Virus record (IMG/VR): IMGVR_UViG_3300046786_000414
Location: 1 to 45,203 of that record
DNA length: 45,203 nt
Source of the DNA: a virus
Lineage: Duplodnaviria > Caudoviricetes
Direction: 5' to 3' (one strand)
Shown: piece after piece, positions 10,801 through 18,779 of the stretch
Position numbering within the stretch: position 1 is the stretch's first letter
Layout: every line of letters begins with the position of its first letter
Made by a program: the position numbers and the translations under genes
Notes under the pieces: generated by a model
Told to the model about the DNA's origin: nothing
Seen by the model: the letters and a program-made list of their open reading frames with translations, nothing else
Database searches by the model: none

Positions 10801-10940
10801 TCCTTCTGCTGTTGCTGATTGGCCCAAGCAACCTCACCTGCGTAGTCGAGGCCCTGAGGTGGGGCCATGACTGCAGTTGACGCAGAAGCCTCGTCATCAA
10901 ATACCCACTGCTGCTTTTGTGAGTCCCAACGAGCAGCCAT
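7899..10940 (-). CDS. Internal virion protein, gp16 N-terminal-like
   Basis: 1013 aa, Ala/Gln-rich; coupled to both neighbours by TGATG overlaps. Confidence 0.55.
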   Translation of the reverse strand: MAARWDSQKQQWVFDDEASASTAVMAPPQGLDYAGEVAWANQQQQKDELKTAEMAMQQGGDQRPLFAQNAGQLFGDLGKIAANAAVGLGTDFLDLGAGVADVVRQTGSLVATGEFDENVNVFDDSDNPWTQWRRDTFRTETQAGQAVSNLVRLGTMVTTLPKLAISVPAKALGVAGKVGALGGVAEAAAGASNLLTKLDDLANAKKVTTAATALGQVEKTFQKGTAAQRAASRAIRNDWLALTYQDVAKSVPEVGGWMDDVRQSAKAWTQLSKGTPGARIRTVGQALAWDAFAAFNVYGEGDAEFDETFGDMLSSTGVPWLQSLGNTTATYAEDNALTRKAKQMLEGLVMAPVLNGIIDQYRVYKYAKNFRTAGDGERRLIVEALNASSQEIGDSIGRTLVAQGRVAGVRMPGAMSDLQFQVDQARRTQETKNQFLQDLQQTQARQAADSQIVPFGQGPQVFATPGQAPEATGLNPEQLLANQQMVANSQEALPGATAPAGMLPEGQAQQLLPGGPEAKPPGASPAGLLGAGSGEMLPPPSPVQVVDLGPRPPEVTVTPQTIRDAFERDAYKAFMEAQQLTFVEGPDGIMRSMGDFSKALPSVTASEELQSQVRNIMPRTRVDALEYLNNFRPAANKYGVVPASDSVWMNFLYERGLNEGWASIDPDTMGVRFNRKAAADLDRGDLVIDQATKIDEATRYEEWLWNKELVNGNPQMRPEVQDNLAAKEARDAYDNWEAQQAAMPPELKVDQATVAAQEEAIRAGQNLNQFDTAEELRLSAADAQGLQGLMDDQTVVREMLGTTLDTVPVPEVRKAEIGRGWEVFDENGELLGRTTTKRQADQLAEQQLQQNRDAVLARARQMEADATDEMMNVTIGNPVYDSDIVGKVKLTDAQIRAVQGILPSLDGKLDEAWKTRRGESAFFNINELGPQKRTFELSQGDMLALQNGIRDVLQEAGDIKGSPKLRALRNLADKLDTEMKLLEPQARAQRFVDGLVNDTRTTLDNGGLHCEDL

Positions 10941-13906
10941 CAGCCTCTCCTCCTGTAATCGAAAGTGCCGGCCCTGGATCTCTGGTCAGCCAGCAGACGG
11001 GCGTAGTTGTTGCCAAAGCCGCCAGCTTCCAGGCGACCGGTGGCGGGGTTGAAGAATGAATCAGCCCTGGCTTTTGCAATTGCCTCGATGGTCACGCCTG
11101 CCTGAATGATCCGAGGCAACCGCTTCAAGAAGTCAGGCAGCGCAGCAGGTGCTTGCACCGCCAGGTCCAACGCATTGAAGAGGAGGCGGTTGAACCCGAC
11201 GCTGCTCTGTGGGATACCCATGCGTTGCAGGAGCGGTGTCACCTTCACCGCGGTGTTGGTGAGCATCCCCATCCACCGGCGATCACTGGACTGAGGCGAA
11301 CCGCCTTGCTGGCCAGAAACAGTGCCGACGTTCAGCTTCCCGTTGCCAGGGTCACGGTGCCCGAAGTACGCCTGGGTGTAACCACCGTCCGGTGTCCGAG
11401 TCCCCTCGTTGATGCCAATGGCCACCATGATCGGGTGCCGATCAGTGTTGATCGCCAACGGCACTGGGGTGGCTGGGGCTGACGCCACAACCTGAGGAAG
11501 AGCCGGAGTCTGTACAGACATGGGCCTCTCGTTCCGCCAAAGCGACGCCATGGCAGCCAGGTTCTCGGAGTTGATCACCATGTCCGCAAGGTTTGGCTTG
11601 GCCGCGGCCGGAGCGGAAGAAGGTGCAGCGTCAGAAACTCGGGCCAGTACAGCCAACCCGCCACCAACAACCTGTCTGGCTAGTTCCTGTTGAGGGGGTG
11701 ACTGACGGGCAGGTTGCGCCTGCTGCTGTTGCGGCTTGACAGCACCCTGAGAAGACGATGGCTTTGGAGCCCGACTAGCAGTAGATGCCGCAGCTGATCC
11801 ACCACCCAGGTCAATGCCGACCTTGCCCAACAGCGAAGCCAGGCTGGCAAGTGCATTGCCTGGTTGGACCATGCCCATGCCAAAGGCAGACATGGCATCC
11901 ATTGGAATACTGAGCGACTGCTGACCTGTGGTTCCCCTTGTGCTCGGACCCTGCACGGGGGGGATCTTCTGGATCATCTGGCGAAATGTCTCCTGTGGGT
12001 TAGGAAACTGCTCATCGCCTTTGCTGTTTTTCACAGCACCAATGCGATTCAGGAAATACTTCTGGACATTGCGATAGTCCAAAGGAACGCCACGCGCTTT
12101 TGCGCCATCAATGACGCTTTGGGGAAACACCTTGATGGTTTGGTAGCCATCTGCCCCCATGCGCTGCATGTTCGCCTGGACTTCATTTACTTCCCCCATC
12201 ACACGTTGATCAAAAGAAAGAGCCTGAGGCGCTGTTTCCCCGGCACCCCTCATGCGGCTGTTACGCAGGGCCTCTAACTCATTGCGGAAGATGCTCAGCG
12301 TGTCCTCCCGGCTGACGGGCTTGTCTGAGCTGGTGATCCGCTCCTCGGTCTGCCTGGTGGCCTGAATCCGCAATTTGCGACGGTTCTCTTCCAGCAGGGT
12401 TTTGGCATCGGCGCCTTGGAACTGAGGCTGACGCAACTGAGCCCTGGTGATCTGTTGCGCTGCCTCCTCGATCTCATCGGCGCTCTCGTTACGAGCAACA
12501 GCGACATTCGCCATCCGTGAATCAGCCGGCTGCGTGTTGCGGTTCATCAGGCTGATCTTCTGCTGCAGCGTCAGATCAGAGCCCCTGATCCGCTGAGCGA
12601 ACTCGGCTTGATTGCGGTTGGGATCATTGAGGCTCTGCTCCAGATCGAGTTGCTTCTCAAGCTGCGCTTGATTGGGCTGCTGTCCGTAGCTCTGCATCTG
12701 GCCACTCATCGAGACCAGGGAAGACAGCGTTTCCGCGCTGTTGGCCAACTGAGGCAACATCGCTTCCAGCTGGGCCCTTGCGCCTTCGTCGCCTTGCGCC
12801 ATCCGGGTGAACAAGGGCAGCGCCTGATTCAGCGCCTGCTTCCGGTCGTACTCCTCTTGCCGCGGCTTGAGGTTGGCCATCGCGTCAGAGACGTATGACC
12901 CAAGGGTTCTGCCTGCATCGTTAATGGGCAGATCGAACAGGTTTACTGGCGATGCAGTGCCCTCGCCAAGGACGATCCCGTCCTCAGCCATCCAGTCAAC
13001 ATTGCGGAGCAGTGCATCCGCCTTGTCAAAGTCATTCCTGGCAACGTAAAAGTCGATCCGCTCCGCCAGGCTTTGCGCAATCTGCTTGGCAAACATGCCG
13101 GAGGTATATATGCCTTCCTTGGCGTAATACTTATATAGATCCTGTATGTATTGCTTAGACCTGCCTTTCCATGCAACTGCACCGTCAAAATCCTGCGCGG
13201 CAAGCAGTTGCTCTCTGCTGGCAGTCAGGCCCTCAAGGTCAGTGGAAATCTTGCGTCGAATCTTGGTGTCTTGGTCTTGTACGACGTTGGCCGTCAGCGC
13301 TTCATAGCTCTTGCCTCTAACAGCAGCTTCTGACTGAACCAACAGTGGCGCCAAAGGTGCCACATACTCCTGCGGCAGGGCCTGCAGGCCTGAGCCGGCC
13401 ATCGCCGTGGCCCGAATCTTGGCCCACTCCGCAGCCTTCTGGTCTTCGGTGGACTGAGGATTCTTGAGGACTTGATTGTTCGCTGTATCAACAGCCAGTC
13501 GCTGCTGATAATCAGCTCCTAGCCCTTGAGCCAACGACTCAAAGGCAATGGTCTCTGCCCGTGGGTTCAGCGCCCTAATGGCATCCCGAGCTTTTGGATC
13601 ACCACTGCGGAACAGGGTGGCCACATCCATGTTTGTGAACAGCTCGCCCGCCTGCTTCTTCGCCTGCTCGTCGGCGTAGGCGTTGTAGATCGGGGCGGCT
13701 GTCTTGTTGAACTGATCCAGGAAGCTTGCGACTTCAGCAAACCCCTGGCCGGCATTGCGTCCTGCGACTGAAGCGTTGCGGTTATCGAGAAGCGGCCCTG
13801 AAGGTCCAAGGCTGACGCGCTGATCTGGCGCACCCGCGACCCGGTTGGGAGTCGCGGGGCGGAAGAAGGCGTTGACCTCGCTGGTTCCAGGGCGGCTGTA
13901 AGTCAT
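10940..13906 (-). CDS. Internal virion protein, gp15-like, with a possible C-terminal lysozyme-like domain
   Basis: 988 aa helical protein, first large gene of the minus-strand late operon. A low-complexity linker precedes the AIGINEGT...YFGHRDPGN domain. Confidence 0.55.
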   Translation of the reverse strand: MTYSRPGTSEVNAFFRPATPNRVAGAPDQRVSLGPSGPLLDNRNASVAGRNAGQGFAEVASFLDQFNKTAAPIYNAYADEQAKKQAGELFTNMDVATLFRSGDPKARDAIRALNPRAETIAFESLAQGLGADYQQRLAVDTANNQVLKNPQSTEDQKAAEWAKIRATAMAGSGLQALPQEYVAPLAPLLVQSEAAVRGKSYEALTANVVQDQDTKIRRKISTDLEGLTASREQLLAAQDFDGAVAWKGRSKQYIQDLYKYYAKEGIYTSGMFAKQIAQSLAERIDFYVARNDFDKADALLRNVDWMAEDGIVLGEGTASPVNLFDLPINDAGRTLGSYVSDAMANLKPRQEEYDRKQALNQALPLFTRMAQGDEGARAQLEAMLPQLANSAETLSSLVSMSGQMQSYGQQPNQAQLEKQLDLEQSLNDPNRNQAEFAQRIRGSDLTLQQKISLMNRNTQPADSRMANVAVARNESADEIEEAAQQITRAQLRQPQFQGADAKTLLEENRRKLRIQATRQTEERITSSDKPVSREDTLSIFRNELEALRNSRMRGAGETAPQALSFDQRVMGEVNEVQANMQRMGADGYQTIKVFPQSVIDGAKARGVPLDYRNVQKYFLNRIGAVKNSKGDEQFPNPQETFRQMIQKIPPVQGPSTRGTTGQQSLSIPMDAMSAFGMGMVQPGNALASLASLLGKVGIDLGGGSAAASTASRAPKPSSSQGAVKPQQQQAQPARQSPPQQELARQVVGGGLAVLARVSDAAPSSAPAAAKPNLADMVINSENLAAMASLWRNERPMSVQTPALPQVVASAPATPVPLAINTDRHPIMVAIGINEGTRTPDGGYTQAYFGHRDPGNGKLNVGTVSGQQGGSPQSSDRRWMGMLTNTAVKVTPLLQRMGIPQSSVGFNRLLFNALDLAVQAPAALPDFLKRLPRIIQAGVTIEAIAKARADSFFNPATGRLEAGGFGNNYARLLADQRSRAGTFDYRRRG

Positions 13907-13912
13907 CGGAGA

Positions 13913-13972
13913 TCAGCAGCCTTTTTTGCCGCCACCTTTAGAGCCCTTGCCCTTACCACCTTTGCCTGTCAT
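13913..13972 (-). CDS. 19-aa Gly/Lys micro-protein MTGKGGKGKGSKGGGKKGC
   Basis: ATG at 13972 lies just after the palindromic motif; the stop is 6 nt before the gp15-like start. Confidence 0.5.
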   Translation of the reverse strand: MTGKGGKGKGSKGGGKKGC

Positions 13973-13975
13973 TGC

Positions 13976-13989
13976 TTGAATGGTGTCAA
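13976..13989 (-). promoter_or_regulatory. Palindromic site TTGACACCATTCAA between divergent genes
   Basis: Exact inverted copy of 24759-24772. Confidence 0.65.
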
Positions 13990-14010
13990 GTACAGCATCA
14001 GAGTACCGCC

Positions 14011-14253
14011 GTGTCACGGGCTTCGGAAGCACTCCTGGCGCAAATCCATGGCCTAGTTGGTCAAGAAATTGTGTCGTTGCTGCACTCGGATGATCCACGA
14101 GAGCGCATTGCAGGGCTTGACCGTGCGATGCGTTTCCTTAAGGACAACAGCATCACTGCAACGGTTGAAGCATCAGTGCCGCTTCAGCAGATACAAGCAG
14201 CAATGCCAACTCCAGAAGAGCTGGAGCGTCTCATGACCATGACACCGGATTGA
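14011..14253 (+). CDS. Terminase small subunit (gp18-like)
   Basis: SRASEALLAQIHGLV...AMRFLKDNSIT...PL resembles T7-like TerS; GTG start at 14011 assumed. Confidence 0.7.
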   Translation: MSRASEALLAQIHGLVGQEIVSLLHSDDPRERIAGLDRAMRFLKDNSITATVEASVPLQQIQAAMPTPEELERLMTMTPD

Positions 14254-14256
14254 GCC

Positions 14257-15150
14257 ATGCTTCGCTTTATTGACCAAGACGGGCCCGAGCTGCCCGCCTT
14301 CAAGAACGCTCCAGCCACCGACACCAGCAAGCTGGAGCAAAATCTGGGAGATGTAGCCGGCCCCTGGGCGGGAAAGCCAGGCCAGTTTGCAAACAGCTGG
14401 CTCCCCTTAAACGCGCTGGATGCCGTCACCAAGGCCGGGGCCAATCCGCTGACCCTTTCCCAAGGCAACCCCAACGACATCAGGCTGATCGCCAAGTACT
14501 ACAAAGCCAACCCTCAGGTCGCCAACCAGTACGACATGGCGACCAATTTCTTCCTTCGCTATATCGCTGGCGTTGGGACGCAGGGACTTCAGCTTGGGCA
14601 AAAAGATGGCCAGAACATCTACAAGATGATCAAGGGCAGCCATGAGCCAATCCGTGGGGGCAAGGCATCAATGAAGCCAGATGCGTCAGACCCACTGAGT
14701 CAGCTTTACGTCCACTACACGGACAAAGGCGACAGCGGGGGGCTTGCCCGTCTGGCCAAAGGGCACGTCCCCGTCCGCTACAACTACAGCCAAGGCGGAT
14801 ACCAGCCTGACGTTGGCAGAGGTCAAAACAACCCCCTAGCTAACTCTCTTGGTCAGTTCTGGGCTGAGCCGCAGAAAGACGGGTCATACATCGTCTCGGA
14901 CAAGTACGACTTCAAGTGGGCGCCAGGGAGCAAGGGCGGCACCGACACCAAGACCAACCAGAGACTCAACAAAGCTTTTACGTCAGGAGAAGCGGGCTTC
15001 TCACTTGACCCCAAGAGGGCTGGCAGCCGAATGGCAGCAACTGGGCACGGCACTCCGTTCTCTATCCGCTTCCAGGTCTTCCCAGATGGCCGAATAAAGA
15101 TCCTTGGCACCCCGAACACCCTGTCCGACCTGCAACTGAAAAAGAAATGA
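14257..15150 (+). CDS. Hypothetical protein, possibly virion-associated
   Basis: 297-aa ORF tightly packed after TerS. Confidence 0.7.
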   Translation: MLRFIDQDGPELPAFKNAPATDTSKLEQNLGDVAGPWAGKPGQFANSWLPLNALDAVTKAGANPLTLSQGNPNDIRLIAKYYKANPQVANQYDMATNFFLRYIAGVGTQGLQLGQKDGQNIYKMIKGSHEPIRGGKASMKPDASDPLSQLYVHYTDKGDSGGLARLAKGHVPVRYNYSQGGYQPDVGRGQNNPLANSLGQFWAEPQKDGSYIVSDKYDFKWAPGSKGGTDTKTNQRLNKAFTSGEAGFSLDPKRAGSRMAATGHGTPFSIRFQVFPDGRIKILGTPNTLSDLQLKKK

Positions 15151-15311
15151 CCCTCACCATCAACTGCATCGAACCCGAGCTGATCCAGGTCTGCCTGACA
15201 GAAGACGGTTTCACCAACTGCTGCTTCGTCACCAGCCATCACCTGGCTACGGAGAAAGAACAGCAGCTCCGCAACGCCAACCTTCGTGACGCCTTGGAGG
15301 CACTTCAGTAA
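15147..15311 (+). CDS. Small hypothetical protein (54 aa, MTLTINCIEPELIQVC...)
   Basis: Translated by hand. ATGA overlap upstream and TAATG overlap downstream. Confidence 0.65.
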   Translation: MTLTINCIEPELIQVCLTEDGFTNCCFVTSHHLATEKEQQLRNANLRDALEALQ

Positions 15312-15445
15312 TGGCTGTCCGCTCCAAGACCGGCACCGGCGCTGTACCGCGCAAGGCACCGGTTCATCACAAGACAACCCAGGGCAGTGGCCGCGGCAGT
15401 CGCGTCAAGTCAAGACGCAAGGCCTACAAGGGCCAAGGCCGCTAG
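15311..15445 (+). CDS. Small basic protein (44 aa) ending RRKAYKGQGR
   Basis: Translated by hand. Coupled start; the K-x-Y-K/R-G-Q-G ending is common in small phage basic peptides. Confidence 0.65.
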   Translation: MAVRSKTGTGAVPRKAPVHHKTTQGSGRGSRVKSRRKAYKGQGR

Positions 15446-15603
15446 TTCACTTTCCAGGGCACAGGGCCCCACTTAGCCACCAGCCCAGTGAACAGCGCGT
15501 GGCTGGGGTGGCACTTGTGCTGCCTTCCATCCAGTCTGTACAGCTTGTCGAGCCACTCCAAGCGACGCTCATCTTCACGGCGCCACTTCGGGTCGTAGGT
15601 CAT
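15442..15603 (-). CDS. Small hypothetical protein (53 aa, MTYDPKWRREDERRLEWLDKLYRLDGR...HPSHALFTGL)
   Basis: Translated by hand. Starts 5 nt after the TerL stop; its stop overlaps the convergent gene's stop (CTAG). Confidence 0.65.
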   Translation of the reverse strand: MTYDPKWRREDERRLEWLDKLYRLDGRQHKCHPSHALFTGLVAKWGPVPWKVN

Positions 15604-15608
15604 TGCGG

Positions 15609-17327
15609 TCAGAGCCAACTACAGCCGTCGCCTGCATCAGCGGCACGAGCCTGTTCAAGTGTCATCCCCATGGCCATTCGGTCTGGGGTCATCACCACGT
15701 GCCCGTGCCAGTCACCGATAAGAGCTTCCAGCATTTCAACGCTACGGGCATCACGCCGAACTTGCTGATCTTGAGCAGCTTGTTCCTGGAACCACTGGAC
15801 ACACATAGCCCAGGCATCCAGACGGTCATCGTGCAGCAGTGAGCCACGGTCTGCTGTAAGACGCGTCATTTGATAAAACAAGCTGTAAGAGCTGTCTTTA
15901 TCTTCAACAGCAGTTCTTAGCAGCTCAGCATCTGCTTCAACAACACGTCGATCCACCACCATCCGGTGCGTTTGCATCACCGGGGCCAACGTGTCGATGA
16001 TCCGCAGCTCCTTCCGCTGATTGGAGCGGATCGGCTCCACCCGGCAGTTGGCACCCGCCTTGACCAGATACGGCTTGATCAACTGGGCGTAGATCTCCAG
16101 GCCGCCGAAGTTGGTCTCCACCAGGATCTCGTTGACCCGGTGCTGTTTGGCCAGGGAGGCGATCTTCTCCCACAAGCTCTCGCCAACGCCCCCCAGGCGT
16201 CCACCGGATTCCATCAGGTAGTAGTTGCCAGCCCATGCCTTGACGATTGCCCAGGCGAACTCGTCACTGCCCCCACCACTGGGGTCCAGTGCCATGACCG
16301 TGGGAACCTCCCCCACAGGCACTGTGCCTTCTACTTGGGCTGGGCGGTAGAACCTCGGGTCATGGGCCATGCCAACGCAGGGCAGGTCATCCAATGCCAG
16401 GTACTTCGCCTTCTCGTAGGTCAACACCTCTGGCAGATGCCCGTCCAGGGTCATCACCATCAGGTCAGCGCAACGCAGCGGGTAGCGCTCAATGTCACTG
16501 AGCGTGGCATCCAGCAGGAACTGCAGCTTCCACTGCATGGGGCTCATGCTCAGCTCCCGTTGCAGCAGCTCGTCTTCCGAGAAACGTGTGTCTGTAGGCC
16601 GGCCATCCGAGATGCCCACCCTTTTCTGGATCAGGGGAGCCAAGGCCCCGCGGTACGGAGTGGGGTCAGCTGGCACCCGAGCTGGCCACATCCGCATGTC
16701 GTAGTTCAGGTCACGCTGCAACGCGAAGTAGATGCTGTCCGTTGAGCTATGGGGTGTACCCAGGTAGACGATCTCTGGCCCCTCCCCTGGCTTGAGGATC
16801 GCCTCCAGCTCGTTCAACGAGTTCCTCAGCTTCTCCCGTTGCACCTGCGTCAAACAGGTCTGCGGTGTTTCGCAGTCGTCAACAAGGATCGTGCTGGCAC
16901 GGGAGCCGGTGATCTGCCCCGTGATTCCCGCAGCGCGGACACTCGGGCTCTGCTCGATGTTCTGGCAGGTGCCAACGTCGAAGTTGATCCGGCTGTAGCG
17001 CCCGTCATGACTGTCGGGCTGCATGTGCTTCAACCAGGGCACCCGCCCAATGGTCTGCAACAGCCAGGCCGTCATGGCCTCTGACCTGGCCATCGATGCA
17101 CTGATCACCAAGCACTTCTCATCAGGATCGTGATACAGCTTCCACAACAGATACATGGCACTCAGCGTGCTCTTGCCACACCCCCGAAACGCTGCAATCA
17201 CCCGCCTCTTCGGCCCATTCTCCAGATAGTCACTGATCTGCAGCTGTACCGGCGTCGGTGCATCTGCCATGTTCAACTCACGCATTAACAACGTGATGAA
17301 CTGGGGTAGGGGTAGGGCTTGCGTCAC
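15609..17327 (-). CDS. terL: Terminase large subunit (gp19-like)
   Basis: Walker A AFRGCGKST, Walker B region GSRASTILVDD, YLGTP, nuclease motifs DPSGGGSDE and HDDRLDA. Confidence 0.95.
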   Translation of the reverse strand: MTQALPLPQFITLLMRELNMADAPTPVQLQISDYLENGPKRRVIAAFRGCGKSTLSAMYLLWKLYHDPDEKCLVISASMARSEAMTAWLLQTIGRVPWLKHMQPDSHDGRYSRINFDVGTCQNIEQSPSVRAAGITGQITGSRASTILVDDCETPQTCLTQVQREKLRNSLNELEAILKPGEGPEIVYLGTPHSSTDSIYFALQRDLNYDMRMWPARVPADPTPYRGALAPLIQKRVGISDGRPTDTRFSEDELLQRELSMSPMQWKLQFLLDATLSDIERYPLRCADLMVMTLDGHLPEVLTYEKAKYLALDDLPCVGMAHDPRFYRPAQVEGTVPVGEVPTVMALDPSGGGSDEFAWAIVKAWAGNYYLMESGGRLGGVGESLWEKIASLAKQHRVNEILVETNFGGLEIYAQLIKPYLVKAGANCRVEPIRSNQRKELRIIDTLAPVMQTHRMVVDRRVVEADAELLRTAVEDKDSSYSLFYQMTRLTADRGSLLHDDRLDAWAMCVQWFQEQAAQDQQVRRDARSVEMLEALIGDWHGHVVMTPDRMAMGMTLEQARAADAGDGCSWL

Positions 17328-17446
17328 TTCTTCTTCCGCCTCTTCTTCTTCTGTGGAACGGTGTCAACAGGTTGGCACGCTTTCTCTTCCCTCATCTGCG
17401 CCAGTAGCTCCTGGTATCCAGGCGCATCAGGAACCCCTCCGCTCAT
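17324..17446 (-). CDS. Small protein (40 aa) with a basic tail KKKRRKKK
   Basis: Translated by hand; GTGA overlap with the TerL start. Confidence 0.5.
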   Translation of the reverse strand: MSGGVPDAPGYQELLAQMREEKACQPVDTVPQKKKRRKKK

Positions 17447-17463
17447 CAAAATCTCCGTCCAGT

Positions 17464-17784
17464 TCAACCGCCCCTGCTCCTCAGCTCTGCCCTCAGCTTC
17501 CTCACCTCATCCAGAAGCTTCGCCTCCTCCGGTGTCATCACCTTCACCTTCCCCTGTCTCACAAGCCCACTCCCTATCCCCTTCCCCAGCAACTCCTCCT
17601 GCCTCCTCTTCAACCTCCCCCACAACTTCCTCTGCGCACCCTTCCAGTCCCCATCCATCTCAGTGTTCATCCAATGCAAACACGCATCAACCTCACTCAA
17701 GTTCATCTCCGGCACGGCCTTGTTCAGCTCATACATCGCCTTGCTCATGCTCATCTGCTCAACCCCTCCCCACCTCATCACCAC
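17464..17784 (-). CDS. Hypothetical protein (start uncertain)
   Basis: 106-aa ORF heading the TerL operon. Confidence 0.55.
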   Translation of the reverse strand: MVMRWGGVEQMSMSKAMYELNKAVPEMNLSEVDACLHWMNTEMDGDWKGAQRKLWGRLKRRQEELLGKGIGSGLVRQGKVKVMTPEEAKLLDEVRKLRAELRSRGG

Positions 17785-18215
17785 ACCCGCAACTTCCCAT
17801 CACCTTAACACCGCTCAACCATTGACACCCCTCATCTATCCCAACTGTCACACCAAATTGGCACATCAAAACTTGACCACCCTGGTATCCTGCTACTCAA
17901 AGAGGGGCTCCCCCGGAGCAAAAAGGGGGAGGGGGGGTCCGTGGTGTGTCTACTCCTTCGTCTCCAACCTCGACTCCCGCTCCTAATCCTTGAGCGGGTG
18001 AACGCATCCACGCACTTGCGTGCTTCCCCCCTAGGGGGTGCGCTGTTGAACAGGTGGGAGCACTTGCAACCAGCCAGTGGTGCACAGGGTTCTTAGAGGA
18101 TCACCAGTCCGTTGGATTTGCAACCAAAGGATTGGGAGGGGGATAGGTGCACTATCGAGTGCACAGATGGGTGCACAGATCCATCACTCGCCCACCCGAC
18201 CCGGAGAGGGGGAGG

Positions 18216-18281
18216 GGAGGTGAATGAGGAGGTGAATGAGGAGGTGAATGAGGAGGTGAGGGGGAGGTGAATAGGGAGGTG
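18216..18281 (+). repeat. About 12-bp tandem repeat GGAGGTGAATGA (3 perfect and about 3 degenerate copies)
   Basis: Read directly from the sequence. Confidence 0.9.
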
Positions 18282-18418
18282 CCGAGTGAGTGAGAGGGCC
18301 GTCTTGGAGAGTGCGCGAGTAGCGCACGATCAGGCCCGAAGCGAGCGAGCCCACCTCAGGTGATGAGATGAGGTTGAGAGGAGAGTGATTTGCTGTTGTT
18401 GATGACAGCGAAGCTGTC

Positions 18419-18462
18419 TTACTTAGGAGTTACTCAAGAGTTACTTAGGAGTTGCTCAATGG
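18419..18462 (+). repeat. 11-bp tandem repeat TTACT(T/C)A(G/A)GAG, four copies
   Basis: TTACTTAGGAG TTACTCAAGAG TTACTTAGGAG TTGCTCAATGG. Confidence 0.85.
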
Positions 18463-18779
18463 TTTGGTGTGTGGTTTGAGGTGAGGTGAGAGGGAGCTGG
18501 TGCGTGGTGTGAGCGGGTGGGATTGAGCGATCCGGTGAAAAAGCAACCAAGAGGAGAGGGAAGGGAGGGGATGAGAAGGGGATGGGATGAGGGAGGTGAG
18601 CTCGCTTGCTCCTGGCCTGAGGCCGGCCGCTAGAGCGGCCGCCTCCGGGACGGCCATCCGCGGCGCTCGGCACCCATGAAGTGGTTGAGGGGTGTGCATG
18701 GTTGACAGAAGGCAAGTGGTGTGATCTCATTGAGGGATGAGGTGCTGTTGCCTCATGCGTGAACCTTGCATTTGATCTC

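Noticed and set aside
18216-18462. CRISPR array
   Set aside because: The repeats are 11-12 bp, contiguous and have no spacers; no cas genes are present.
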